Source: Negaprion brevirostris (Eukaryota). Taken from it: a stretch of DNA of 64,000 nt. This document shows positions 1 through 12,315 of the stretch, piece by piece. The notes beneath the pieces were generated by a model that worked only from the letters and a program-made list of their open reading frames with translations, ran no database searches and was not told the origin of the DNA. The stretch is taken from assembly GCA_030324005.1 (NCBI GenBank), contig JARDVH010000149.1:27342676-27406675 (forward strand). The letters run 5' to 3'. Numbering within the stretch: the stretch's first letter is position 1; the number at the start of each line of letters is the position of its first letter. Made by a program: the position numbers and the translations under genes.

Positions 1-500
1 TGGCCATACAGTCAAAGGTGTATAAGGAGTATAGTAGGGGGCTGAGAACATAGCCTTGTGGGGCACCAGGGTTGAGGATGATGATGGAGGTGTTGTTGCC
101 TATCCTTACTGGTTGTGGTCTGTGGGTTAGGAAGTTCAGGATCCAGTCGCAGAGGAAGGTGCCAAGGCCCAGGCCATGGAGTTTGGAGATGAGTTTTGTC
201 GGAATAATGGTGTTGAAGGCTGAGCTGTAGTCAATAAATAGGAGTCTAACATAGGTGTCCCTGTTATCTAGGTGTTCCAGGGTTGAGTGCAGGGCCAGGG
301 AGATGGCGTCTGCAGTGGATCTGTTGCGGCGATAGGCAAACTGTAGTGGATTCAGGTAGGCCAGGAGTTTGGAATTGATTCATGCCATGCCTTTCGAAGC
401 AATTCATAATGACGGACATCAGAGCCACCGGCCGGTAGTCATTAAGGCATGCTGCTTGGTTTTCCTTTGGTATCGGGATGATGGTTGCCTTCTGAAGCAG
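1..500 (-). mobile_element. Rex1/Babar-type non-LTR retrotransposon RT fragment (runs off window start)
   Basis: Minus-strand translation gives CLNDYRPVALMSVIMNCFER then [51 protein letters not shown]...[17 protein letters not shown], characteristic Rex1 RT motifs. Confidence 0.85.
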
Positions 501-828
501 ACTGTTGCAAAGAGTGGTGTCTGTAAAGTTAGTAAATTGTTGTAGTTGTAAAGAGAGGAATCATTCAATGGAATCTAAAAGTGGGTGGTAACCAGAGAGC
601 CTTCATCTTAGAGTGTGATGGTCAATTTGATTGGCAACTTAATTGATCCCTCCATGAAGACAGTGTGGTGTGTCAAACTGTTGGGTCCATATTCCATTAA
701 GAAATAAGAAACGAGGAAGGGTGTGGTCTGGGGCAGCTTTGCTTGATTCAGTAATGATGCCAGGCTCAGATAGTGTCTTCAGGTTAGGGATAACCAGTTT
801 GAGAAATTTCAAATATAACTATATATAA

Positions 829-925
829 TAAAAAGAGAAAATGCTGGATAAATTCAGCTGGCTGAGCAGCTTATGCAGAGGGAGAAGCAGAGTTAAGGTT
901 TCAAGTCCACATGACTATTTCAGAG
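829..925. mobile_element. Penelope-type terminal repeat fragment
   Basis: aaaagagaaaatgctgga...gagaagcagagttaaggtttcaagtcc resembles the arms of the palindromes at 12011 and 58448. Confidence 0.5.
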
Positions 926-1127
926 TGTGCACTTCGCCTGTGGAGTTACGGTGTGTAATATATATGGAATGCTCTAAAGTTGAAGTTCAAGGGAATTTAA
1001 TGTAATCTATTTGTTCATTTATTGTTTGCAAAATAAATCAGTCTGTTAACATATAATTGGACATGTTTAACTGAAGTGCCTTTCCTGAGATTAGAGAAAT
1101 GCATTTGGTGGCTTGATCATTTAGTAA

Positions 1128-1461
1128 GGAATTTCATTGTTATGATTCCCAGATCGTGCTGCTGTATGATTAGTTGTTGAACAAGGGTTCACAGGGTTAT
1201 GAGATCTGTTTGTGTAGGACCTCAGTGATGCTTTTTAACCTCGAGAGAATATCCAGTTCAAGCATGTAATTTGTAACTGTTTTTATATGGTTCTGAATTA
1301 TGTTCATTCACAAGAATTTTTCAGTAACAAATGTAGTGAAATTAAGTTGTTGTAAGAATATACAGTTGCACCTCTAATATTTGACCTTCATGTATTGTAT
1401 ATTGTCTTTGTGGTGAAAAAGTTTTATTGGGAACTTAGGTTACAAATTTACTAACTTCAAT
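1128..1461 (+). repeat. Diverged direct repeat, copy 1 (copy 2 at 2807-3119)
   Basis: Collinear shared blocks tttcattgt, tagttgttg.acaagggttcaca, gagaatatc, aatttgtaactg, tgttgtaagaatata, gtctttgtggtgaaaa.gttttattgggaact, caaatttactaa. Confidence 0.85.
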
Positions 1462-1683
1462 ACATTTACAATATTTTAGTTTCTCTCTATTTGGACTTGT
1501 AATCCTCTGTTGATATTTTAAAAAGTAACAAAAACATAAATGTGATTGTTTATAATATAATCCTGTTTTTGTTGATATGACTGAAGCTATTTCAGCCTAT
1601 TGTGCAAAATGAAAAGTCNNNNNNNNNNTTAGAATAATTTACTGCAGCAAATAATGTTATGCACCTTTTTTTTGACTGCTCAG

Positions 1684-1798
1684 AGCTCAGAGTCTAGTTT
1701 GAAAAGGAAATGGAAGAAAAAAGGGAAGAATGACAGCCCATGGATAAAACCAACCAGAAAACGAAGACGAAAAAGCCGGCCCAAAAGTAATGATAGAG
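1684..1798 (+). CDS. EHMT1: EHMT1/GLP internal exon (basic NLS-like segment)
   Basis: ctcag| acceptor; SSESSLKRKWKKKGKNDSPWIKPTRKRRRKSRPK matches GLP SSESSIKKK...DSPWIKPARKRRRRSRK; donor gag|gtagca (alternative in-frame donor at 1787). Confidence 0.9.
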
Positions 1799-2307
1799 GT
1801 AGCAGAAATAAATATTATATGAATAACAGAAGTAGGGTGGTAACTGTTGCATGCTATTTTTGATGCAAAGCAAGTTGACACTTGGTTTTACCTGGTGCTG
1901 TTGGGTTAAAATGAAAATTACCTTGCTTTCTAAATTTTTGTCATTTCAAGTGGCAACCTTTGTGGTTAAATCCTATACTATTTCAAATTAGAATTCAGTT
2001 TCAGTTCCCCATTGAAAGTAAACAGGAGTGTTGTGAGGTTGAATGGCAAAGTGTCAATAACCCCATGCTGTATCTATTCAATATATTGATTATTGATGTT
2101 TTTCTTGTCTTGACAAGCATTTTGCCAGTGGTTTTATTGCTGGCTTAGGATGGTGGAAGTAGAGGATAATTAAGTCCTTACATGGATTTTGACAATTTAA
2201 TAGGAGTTCAAATTCACAATGATCTTGAGGTACATTTCATTCCAAGGTTCTTTCAATAGTACGGTGCTGATGGCTAGTTTTAGATAATTGTAATTTTAGC
2301 TGCCTAC

Positions 2308-2636
2308 GGGCGACATGGTGGCACAGCAATTAGCACTGTTGTCTCACAGCTTTATAGACCCAGGTCAATTCCAGCCCTGGGTCACTGTGTATGGAGCTTA
2401 TATGTTCGTCCTGAGTCTTTGTGAGTTTCCTATGGGTGCTCTGTTTTCCTCTCACTGTCCAAAGATGTGCAATTAAGTGGATTGGTTATGCTAAATTGCC
2501 TCTTGGTGCCCAAGATATGTAATGTGGATTAACTGGATAAATGTTTGGAGGTTACTAGTATACGGTGGGGGTCTGGGTCTGGGTAAAATGCTCTGCCAGA
2601 GAGTTGGTGAAGACCTGCACTATAGGAATACTATGA
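2308..2636 (+). mobile_element. HE1-like tRNA-derived V-SINE
   Basis: ggtggcacagcaattagcactg head, tccaaagatgtgca..ggattggttatgctaaattgcc core, ctatga tail. Confidence 0.8.
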
Positions 2637-2806
2637 TACCTAGTAAACTTTTGCATTGACGTAGATCAATTTCAGGTTTATACTGATACCAAATTAACTT
2701 GCAATTGGCCTTGTTAAATTAAAGTGTTCATCTGCCTTTCCTATGGTTTGAGCAACTTGGTGCTCAACATTTGGTGGCTTGTTCTGGATCACAGTTCGTG
2801 AAACAA

Positions 2807-3119
2807 GGGATTTCATTGTCATGCTTCCCAGGTCGTGCAGTTGTCAGGCTAGTTGTTGGACAAGGGTTCACAAGGGTTGTAAAGTTTGTTTGTGTGAAAA
2901 ACCATTGATGCTTAACCATGTGAGAATATCATGCAATTTGTAACTGCAGTTTTATATTGTTCCAAGGACTGAGTTCATACACAAGATTTTTTCTTGTGAT
3001 TAAGCTGTTGTAAGAATATATAGTTGTATCATTAATACCCTGATGTTACTTGGGTCTTACGTGGTCTTTGTGGTGAAAATGTTTTATTGGGAACTGTTTG
3101 CAAATTTACTAATTTCAGT
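2807..3119 (+). repeat. Diverged direct repeat, copy 2
   Basis: Collinear similarity to 1128-1461. Confidence 0.85.
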
Positions 3120-3749
3120 GGATTAAGTCACTGGTCTGTTTTCCTGGCACACCAAAGAAGCACAAGACCATCTCTCATAAATTCTCCCTCAGTCCCTGGT
3201 TTTTGCACTGGATGCAGCACAGCTCCAGAGTAGTGCAAAGTTGATTTTATAAAATGCTGAGGTAATGTTTTGAGCTTTTTTTCAGAAGCCTTGCGGGAAA
3301 TGACATTACTGGCTGATCTCTTGTGACATTAAAAAAAATAGCCAGTTGAAGATATGGACTTGATTCATGCTTCATGCATTACCAGCAGTGAGGCACAGTG
3401 ATATGTTTGTGATCTGTACCCACAGGAAGGTACAGCGAGAGTGTAAATAAAACTAAAAAACTTGAGAAGGTGGCTCACAATCATCATACTTTCTCAAGAG
3501 TTAAGAATAGGTAACAAATGTTGGCCTTGACAGCAATGCTCATGTTCCAAAAAAGAATTTCAAAAAGGATATTGAGATGACAATGGTATACTATATACTC
3601 CATGGTTGTTCATAAATTAGCTTATTTTTCTATGATTCTGAAAGTTGGCTTTTATTTACTATTGGCTGACATCAGAAAGCTCACATTATAATTATTGTTG
3701 GTTTGTTTCAGTTTTGATACTGTGTTTGATATAATGTAAAGAAAAGATG

Positions 3750-4170
3750 TTACTGGGACTGGGATTTTTTTCCCTGGGGCATAGGAGGCTTAGGGGTGAT
3801 CTTATAGAGGTCTAAAAGATAATGAGGGGCATAGACAAGGTAGAAGTCAATATGTTTTTCCAGAAGTAGGGGAGTCTGAAAGTAGAGGACATAGGTTTAA
3901 GGTGAGAGGGAAGAGATACAAAAGAGTCCAGAGGGACAGTTTTTTCACACAGTGGGTTGAGTGTCTGGAACAAACTGCCAGAGACAATAGTAAAGGCGGG
4001 TACAATTTTGTCTTTTTAAAAGCGTTTAGACAATTACATGGGCAAGATTGGTATAGAGGGATATGGGCCAAATGCAGGCATTTACGACAAGCTTAGTGGT
4101 AAAAACTTGGCAACATGAACAAGTTGGGCCAAAGGGCCTGTTTCCGTGCTGTAAACCTCTGACTCTATGA
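3750..4170 (+). mobile_element. CR1 LINE 3' end
   Basis: aggaggcttaggggtgatcttatagaggtct (RRLRGDLIEV), FFTQ motif, tail gggccaaagggcctgtttccgtgctgtaa...ctatga. Confidence 0.85.
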
Positions 4171-4627
4171 AGTTTAGAGATTTTATGTACACAGAATTAA
4201 ATGATAATTTGGAAAATTCTCCCCATCATTCTATCCACAGAATTGCTGCCTTCCTATTTATTGGATTCACTTGTCACTAAGGTCTACACTTGAGAATCCT
4301 GCCTGTTTTATCAAGGGAAGGGTTAGCTTTCACAGATTGTGCTAACTGCACTGTATATAGCTGTATACATTTAATTATAAATGTAGTCGGTGATGGGAGA
4401 ACCATGTGTCAGCTGCATTCTTCTAACATAACATTGCTAATAGAATATTCAAAAGAATATTGAAATTCAAAAAAACCAAGCAGTAAATGGTAGACAATAA
4501 TCTTCAATTCCAGCCCTCATGGAAAAAGTTAAGAATTCAGTGATCTGCGTGCTTAGAGAGAACAAACCCTCAAGGTGAGAAAGTGTTTAAAGGCTTTTAT
4601 ATTTGTAATAAAACTTAGATATTTCAG

Positions 4628-4814
4628 AATCAGTCTTCAAANNNNNNNNNNNNNNNNNNNNNNNNNNNNNNNNNNNNNNNNNNNNNNNNNNNNNNNNNNN
4701 NNNNNNNNNCTGAAATAGAGACTCAAGCTCTGACAGATAGTAATGAATATACCGAGATGCCCCTTAGCTCACTGAACCTGCCTGCAGGTGGCCTATTCTC
4801 CTCGCAGTCTACAG
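4628..4814 (+). CDS. EHMT1: EHMT1 exon interrupted by an N gap (4642-4709); 5' boundary uncertain
   Basis: After the gap: EIETQALTDSNEYTEMPLSSLNLPAGGLFSSQST, similar to GLP YMEVSLDSLDL and G9a YMEVPLGSLEL; donor acag|gtaaag in phase 1; candidate acceptor atttcag| at 4627. Confidence 0.8.
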
Positions 4815-5052
4815 GTAAAGTTCCTTTATCAGTTTGAAAGTTTTCTGTTGTTAAGAACATGTTTCCAGATATACAGCTAGAATATTTAAAAAAATTACTG
4901 TGAAAGAACATTTGGGAAAGTATACACTTTGGAGGTTTGTTCAGTTGAATTTTGTATGATTTATGTGACTGCTTTCAACCACTCTTATTTTTATGATTTT
5001 TATACTAAAAAAGGGTTGAAATGAGCTGTTTGAATATTGTAATTCAATGCAG

Positions 5053-5198
5053 GTATTTCCCAAAGCTCAGACTCAATGGAACTGGACAAGCTACAGGAGT
5101 TACCTCTTTGTAGCTGTCGGATGGAAACACCAAAAAGCCGAGAGATTGTTAAACTGGGTAACAATAAATGTATGGCCACTGAGAATATAGATGAAGAG
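5053..5198 (+). CDS. EHMT1: EHMT1 exon (start of Cys-rich region)
   Basis: tgcag|...gag|gtaaga, 146 nt; [48 protein letters not shown]. Confidence 0.97.
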
Positions 5199-6142
5199 GT
5201 AAGAAACGCTTGGCACAAGTTTGAGAAAGCAATTGTTTGGACAGGTTTATGTTGGTTGTTGGATTGTTACGATTCTCATAATGTCTGAACTACATTTAAA
5301 TTTATGTTTTGATTATGTATCAAACTGATCTACCTAGCACATAAGGTTGAAATTGCATTGAAAATTATAGAATGAAACAATTTTTAAAAGAAGTTAAACG
5401 TGCCCTCCTGAAAGAATAAGCATACTCCATTTAGGATGATGCATGTTAATTTCTTGAAGCGTTATCAAATTGAAGGATACTGCTTCCAGAAGTTTTAATA
5501 TTAACATAGTCATATTTTTGGAGATTTGCTGTTTAGATTCAATGTAAGGAAATGTCAGTAACTATTACCAGAACATATATGTGCAACATATAGTGCCATA
5601 TTTTTAATATTAATGTATCCTTCTGTTGTGATGACTTATCTTTGGTTTTCTTGGCAAGCATTTGCTGTGACTTGTGGATTATAAGTCCTCTGCGTGTGTA
5701 GGCTATGTAAACACTTAAATACGTCATAAATGCAATAGGTTTGAAGATATTTTGGTGTTTTTTCAATCAGCTCCATGTACCTGTCTTCTGTTTACATCAA
5801 AGCTTGTCCATCTAAATAGTTTGATCGCGATATGCTAACTTTAAACGTAGTATTCACATCAAAGTTGGAAATCTCATAAGTGGAGGTATTTTAATGTAAT
5901 ATTTGTTGCCTAATAAAAGCTTAATTTAACTTGTGCATTGCTTTACACAATCCAATATCTTGTGCCAAAACTCAGATAGCCAGGGTGGTGCAGGATGGAG
6001 TATTGGAGCCTAGTCTCTATTCACTTACAAGCTTTTATTTAGCAGGAAATGTTGTATACAGTGCATTTCCAACATAAAGTCCATTTTCAGCCTGCTCACG
6101 TAGACATATAAGCCCCTATTTAATAACCATTACTTGAACACT

Positions 6143-6451
6143 GGCGGTATGGTGGCACAGTGGTTAGCACTGCTGCCTCACAGCGCCAGATTCCTGATTT
6201 GAGTCACTGTCTGTGCGGACTTTGCACATTCTCACTGTAGTCTGCATGGGTTTCCTCCAGGTGCACCGGTTTCCTCCCACAGTCCATGGATGCGCGGGTA
6301 AGGTGGTTTGGCCATGTTAAAGTGCCCTTTATTGTCAGGGGGACTAGCTAGGGTAAATGCATAGGGTTATGGGGATAAGGTCTGGCTTGGATTGTGGTCA
6401 TTGCAGACGCGATGAGCTGAATGGCCTTCTCCTCCACTGTATGATTCTATG
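6143..6451 (+). mobile_element. HE1-like V-SINE
   Basis: ggtggcacagtggttagcactgctgcctcacagcgcc head; ggtttcctcccacagtcc core; gaatggccttct...gattctatg tail. Confidence 0.85.
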
Positions 6452-6739
6452 CAATGTAGAACATCCAACCAATATACCGTAAAGGGTCTGGGATTCTACA
6501 TTGTGCAATAGAATTTAAGGAGCACAATTGAAGAATAATTGAGGGAAAATTTCCTTTGCTCTTAATTAGGATTTCTGTTTTGTTACTCCTAGCATGTGGA
6601 GAAAATCTTGCTTCACTGTACTTTTAAATGATCAATTCATTAACGCCTTTCATAGGACTGAGTGTTTGGCTGATGCATATGACTCTCGTTTCTGGTTTGT
6701 AATATACTTTAGCTCATTGAGCAGAGTAAGAAATAAATA

Positions 6740-6870
6740 AGTAGATAACTTGTATTTCTATGGCACCTTTCATAATCTCTCAAAGTCCTAAGGTGCTGTA
6801 TAGATAATAAGGTACATTAGAAGTATTGTCACTATTATAATATAATTGTTATGACACAGCAAGTTTCCAA
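6740..6870 (-). mobile_element. Old Deu/AmnSINE-like or L2-tail relic
   Basis: aacttgtatttctatggcacctttc...aggtgctgtatag...gaagtattgtcactattataat resembles the reverse complement of the L2-shared SINE tail. Confidence 0.4.
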
Positions 6871-6924
6871 AAATACCAGTGTGATAAACAGTTAATGAAA
6901 TTGGTTGAGGGATAGAATTGTAGG

Positions 6925-7230
6925 AGGAACCCACTGGCCCTTTGAGGCTGCTTCGTTCCTGCCTTCTCCCCATATCCTTTGGTCCACTTCACACCAAGTG
7001 CTATATTAAACTTCTTCTTGAAAACATGCAATGTTTTGGCCCCAACTACTTTCTGTGGTCGTGAATTCCATAGGCTGACTATTCTCTGGGTGAATAAATT
7101 TTTCCCCATGTGACCCCTGGTTCTGGACACCCCCACCATTGGGAACATCCTTTTTGCACCTGCCCTGTTTAGTCCTGTTAGAATTTTCCAAGTTTCTATG
7201 AAATTTCCCCTCTTTGTTTCTGCAAATAAG
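6925..7230 (-). mobile_element. CR1 LINE 3' fragment
   Basis: Minus ORF RGNFIETWKILTGLNRAGAKRMFPMVGVSRTRGH..FTQRIVSLWNS, the CR1 ORF2 C-terminus. Confidence 0.85.
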
Positions 7231-7914
7231 CAGGCCCCGGGCACTGGAAACGTTCCCAGCTTCCCACAAGGAGCATGCTATGGCTTGGAGCTCTTCTGTC
7301 ATGACTTACCCCTTTTATATTAAACCTTTGGAAGATGCTTGATATCAGATTATATCCAATTCTTGAGGGCACTTCATTTCTGGACCTCGTTACTATCAAA
7401 TATACTCTTACAAACTGCAAACTGAAACTATAAGTGATAAAAGTATTAAATGCTTACCTGGCCTTACCCACTGCTTACCAATTAGCTCTGTCCCTTTTGC
7501 CCTCTAGTACTGCAGCAGACCATTCTCTGAAGACTTCAAAGTTAGAAAGAGAGGAGAAAAACAGGAACACCTCTTTTGCCCCGTATCCAAATTCCCACTA
7601 GCTCCAATTTCCTGATACCTACACTCACTCCGGCTGAGTGTTCTCTCCCACTGTTTGTGTGCAAAGCTCACTGTTAAATGTTAAACTCACTAATCAATAT
7701 TAGCCAGAACACTTTCTCAAAGTAATGCCATAGGATTATTTACAGCTACTCTTTCAGCATACCCGTTTGATACATTGAGTGACTTGAGCATACAGATCAG
7801 TGTTCAGCTGTGATAAAAATTTCGTGCTGATAAAATTTAATTCATGGGTGATCAATTTAGAGTAAAATCTGCAAATCAACAGCTGTAATTTGTCTGAATG
7901 AATGTTTCTTGCAG

Positions 7915-8058
7915 TTAAGTAGCTGTATTAACAGTGTGATCAAACAAGAGATGATGCGACCCTCCAACAAGGTGCAGCTAATGGTATTGTGTGAAGACCA
8001 CAGATCCCGGATGGTTAAACATCAGTGTTGCCCAGGATGTGGATACTTCTGTACTGCC
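7915..8058 (+). CDS. EHMT1: EHMT1 exon (Cys-rich region)
   Basis: ttgcag|...gcc|gtaagt, 144 nt; [48 protein letters not shown]. Confidence 0.97.
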
Positions 8059-8474
8059 GTAAGTGTAGAGAGTCTCAAAAATGGATAATTACTAATATGA
8101 AGATGAAAAATGTTTCTCATCTATTTTATTCTTGACTGTAAAATCTCAAATAATGTGTTTAATGTGGAGCAGAAAAGCAAAATTATTTTGTAATATATGT
8201 TAAATAATTGAACTGACTTTTTCCAGCTCCAAGTTAACTTGTAAGGCCAATGTGATAAATGTGTTCATAGTTAATAACCAGAAAGCATGTAGCCCTTATT
8301 TTCTTCAGGGAAGCAGAAGAGCCCCTTGAAAAAATAGCATGTTCGAGTGAACTCCCTTATATGTTCCGAAATTAAGAAACACAAAAGTCTGCATCGTTTT
8401 GTGTTTGAACCATACCACCATCAACCAACAATCAATTTAGGAATTCTTCATGTATATTGGAAATATTTATTAGG

Positions 8475-8493
8475 TGCCCACCAGATGGCACAA
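8475..8493 (+). promoter_or_regulatory. Candidate CTCF binding site
   Basis: TGCCCACCAGATGGCACAA fits the CCASYAGRKGGCRS core; motif match only. Confidence 0.45.
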
Positions 8494-9335
8494 GAGGTTT
8501 AAAGATAGATTTAGCTAATTTGAGTTCACAGTGACACAGGTAGCAGACGTTCTTCAATTTCAGTTGACTTACTCATAATGGTTAAATAAATTTTATGCAC
8601 TGAACTTAAATTACTCTTAGATTTAATCCCCTATATATTTTGATAGGAATTTAATTTCTTTGCATATAGAGGAGTAAGATCTTTGAGAAAGGAGAAAGTG
8701 CTGCCTCTTGTTTGCCCATAATTGGTCAGAGGCAACAATGTCAGTGCCAATTTGGAATAATTTTGATTCCTTTTTCTCATGAAATGTACATTTATTAATT
8801 AACCTGACAACAAACACGACAGTAAAAGGTTTGCATTTTCAACCAGTCCTTTTGCATTTGGGTATGAAGTGAATTTTTTGTTACTATTCTGTGCGCATCT
8901 TGTGTTTATTGACCAAATTGCACCACTGCAGTCTCCAATTTAAAAAATAATGGAATTTTGGAGTATTTTTCTACCAGGATAATCCCCTTCCATCTCCCAA
9001 AAATGCAGCAGAAGGTTGTTGCTTTTATGGGAGTAGGCTAACTTGATTTCAAAACAAGGCATTTATGTGTGGTCTTTTTTCTTTTAACCACAACTAGTTG
9101 GGCAGACACTAAGCAAAGTTGTGTCTCTTATGCTGGGAAATTATGAAAATTTGGAAGTTATAGTAAGTTTGTCTCATTTACCATTTGGTTTGGGTACAAA
9201 GAGACCCAGAAGCATTCTGCTAGCAACCCTTTCAATCATTTCACGTCATCATGGATGAAAATTGCATTTAAGAAGTTATCCTTAAGTGCTTGTCAGTTGT
9301 GACTGGCTTGCATTAAATTTATCTTGTTGTTCCAG

Positions 9336-9559
9336 GGCACCTTCATGGAATGCCAGCCCGATAGCACTATCTCACACCGCTTTCACAAGAATTGTGCATC
9401 CCATATGAATGGGTTGTCGTTCTGCCCACATTGTGGTGAAGATACTATTCAAGCAAAAGAAGTTACCATAGCAAAAGCAGACACTACCTCTATGGTACCC
9501 CTCCCAACACAGGAGAAGATTGTCATTGTGAATGGAAAAGCAGACACCACTACATCAAG
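9336..9559 (+). CDS. EHMT1: EHMT1 exon (Cys-rich region)
   Basis: ttccag|...caag|gtagtg, 224 nt; [52 protein letters not shown]. Confidence 0.97.
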
Positions 9560-9614
9560 GTAGTGCTTAAATGATAATGCTTTTACTGAAAGACTTACAA
9601 GCATTTAGAATCGT

Positions 9615-10450
9615 AGAGCGAAGTTTTTTTAAAAATTGCCGAATGAGCAAGAAAATGGGAACGTTTCAGCCTAACTTTTCAGGCAAGTTTGAAAATGCAA
9701 TATTTTGGTGCTCAGTGCAATAAAAGTACCAAGGTGCAACTCTCGCCAGCATGAAGTGAAGTCTCCACTCACTGGAGAAGCTGGCTGCTGAGCTATAAGA
9801 GCACCATTGTGCAAGCACCCTGATTTCCACCCCCCCCCCCCTCCCCAATTGTACGTTGCCACACCCTGTCCCCATCGATATCAGGACCCTGACCCCCTGG
9901 CAGAGTTACCCCTCACCTCTGCTGATTGCCCACCCCACCCCACACGGTGAACCCCTCTTGTCTCTGTCCCATTCTTGCTCTGGCTGCACCCACTTGGCTC
10001 TGCCCATGGCATAGTTATGGAGCCTGGTGGACAGTGCTAGTTGCGAGGCTGATGGTGCCAGGCTGGCACTGCCTGTGGGCACTATCTGACCCTGTCCCTG
10101 ACCACCTGGGAGCTTCAGTGGCCACCGATTCCTTCCGGCAAGGCCATCACATCTGGCCCCTGTTGGGGGACCATATGTGGTTCTCGTCTCAGAACCTTGG
10201 CCAGCAAGGTGGTGAAGATAAGTCAGCCCGGACAATAGCATCCGGGACTTGTTCTTGACATTCAAATTATGTCATTAATATTTAAATCGCTTTGTGCCCT
10301 TCCTGGGCCCTATTCTGTTAGCAAAACATTATAGGTACAATCAGAGGAGGCAAAAAACCGGGCGCAAATGTGATTTTTTCCACCTCCTGCTTGATCTTAC
10401 CACCTCACCTCGCTGAAAGTTGGGCTGGACAAGGTCTTAAGATCCCGGCC
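9615..10450. mobile_element. GC-rich non-autonomous DNA transposon relic
   Basis: GC-rich island in AT-rich intron, with subterminal inverted repeat cagcctaacttttcag (9667) / ctgaaagttgggctg (10414). Confidence 0.45.
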
Positions 10451-12010
10451 ACAGTCTATTTATGTCTTACGTGTTTGGATGATGGTGAGAACAGGTCATT
10501 GAGTAATCTTTAATTTTGGTTTTTATAAGTTCACAAGTTCCAGTTTAACTAATATTTGGAGTAGAAACATTTTTTTGCTTTGGAAATCCTCTGTGTTTTC
10601 TTTTGCCCTTGTTTATTTGTCGTCATATTGCTATGGCTCAGCTAAAGATTCCTGTTGCACTGTCTTCTGAGATGTATAATTGGACTTTGAAGGGAGGATG
10701 TAGAATGCATTGAATAATTTTCACACTGAGTGCTGTTTCAAAGATTTCAGTATTAATTCAACCAGAAAGTTAAATAAAATTAATGCCCCGGATCACTATG
10801 ATCAGATTCCGTTTTTATCAAAAGTTAGTGCTCATTCAGGTATTTTTTTACCCTGTGTCTGTCTGCAATCAATGCTTCACTATTTTTCCAAGTATCTTGC
10901 ACAAATTATGGATGATTGATAATTAAAGTTGTTTGAAATCATTTAAAAAAAATTTAAATAATATCATTTTAAATAAACCTGAGCTCCATTTGCAGCATTT
11001 GAAGAGAATGACTTGGTGCGCAATTCAAGCATTTCATAAGATAGAAACCAACAAACATTTACACACGCAAATATCTTGTGCTTAATTAAAATTATATAAG
11101 AAAAAACATTATGCATAATGCAGCCTAAATTTCATGTGTTGCAGATGTACCTTCTTAGGCCTTCATTATTTACCTAGGGCTTTATATATAGCTAAAGCCA
11201 TGCTTTTTCATTAAAAATCTTAAAGACTACAAAATACTTGTGTTTTAATGGTCAGTTGGGTACACTGAAAATGCATCATCTGAATTACAGTTCCTGAATT
11301 TCATTAAGACATTTTTTTAAACATTAAGATCATTTAGATGTCCATATGCATAAATATAAATTATTGAAATTTAATATTATATCTTTATATCATATTAAAT
11401 CTTAAATTTGGCATCTTGCTGTATGATACTGACTGATAAGGTCTGTCCTCATCTGAAATTTTGTTTTGAAACAAATCCTGGGTTAGGGATAAAACTCTGG
11501 CTTGCACATGCCATTCACTCGTTACTGCAAGTTTTATGATCTTTGCTGAGCGTTGACATAACTTTAGCATGTTACTTCCATTTTTATGTGCTTTTTTTAA
11601 ATTGTACTCCTGTCAGGTGTTTAGGAATATTTTCTGCTTTTAAGGTATTATGTAAAAGGGAGTTTACTCCATTTATTTTGTCTTTTACATCTTAGGTGTC
11701 CTATTTAATTTTGAAACTGGACATTTCTTGCCTCTACAAACATCTTATTTTGCTCTCAGCTGAACTTTAAAATGCCGAGCTACATTCAGTTTCACCCATA
11801 ATCTTGCTATAAGCGAGTTGCCGCTTACTGGAAATAGTAGTGAGAGCGGAAATGGTGAATATTGGTTGATATTGGATGGGACCAAAACAAAAACAAATCA
11901 AGATTCTCTTCTGAATTCTATTTTTTGAATAGCAGGTTCTTAAGTGTAATTCATTTCTACCTGAATAAGCTGATATGTTGTGACTTAAACATATCTAAAA
12001 ATTTGTACAA

Positions 12011-12223
12011 AAACAGAAAATGCTGGAAAATATCAACAGGTCTGACAGCATCTGTGGAGAGAGGGCAGAACTAACATTTCAAATCTGAATGGCTCTTTGC
12101 TGGGTCACCCAGACTCAATGTTAGTTCTGTCCTCTCTCCACAGATGCTATCAGACCTGGTGAGATTTTCTAGCATTTTCTGTTTCTGTTTCAGATTCCAG
12201 CATCCGCAGTAATTTCCTTTTAT
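12011..12223. repeat. Palindromic Penelope-type terminal repeat (68-bp stem)
   Basis: 12011-12078 is the reverse complement of 12117-12184 with 5 mismatches. Confidence 0.85.
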
Positions 12224-12315
12224 CCAATAACTTGAAGTCTTGCTGTTAAAATGATCATCTACAGAACATGAATTAACTTCAGTCAGCTAATACAATTTTC
12301 AAATAATTTTTGTAG

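Noticed and set aside
4514-4574. Possible extra 61-nt exon (ttccag|...aag|gtgaga)
   Set aside because: Not frame-preserving, no similarity to EHMT proteins, and it would leave only 53 nt to the next candidate acceptor; cannot be fully excluded because of the adjacent gap
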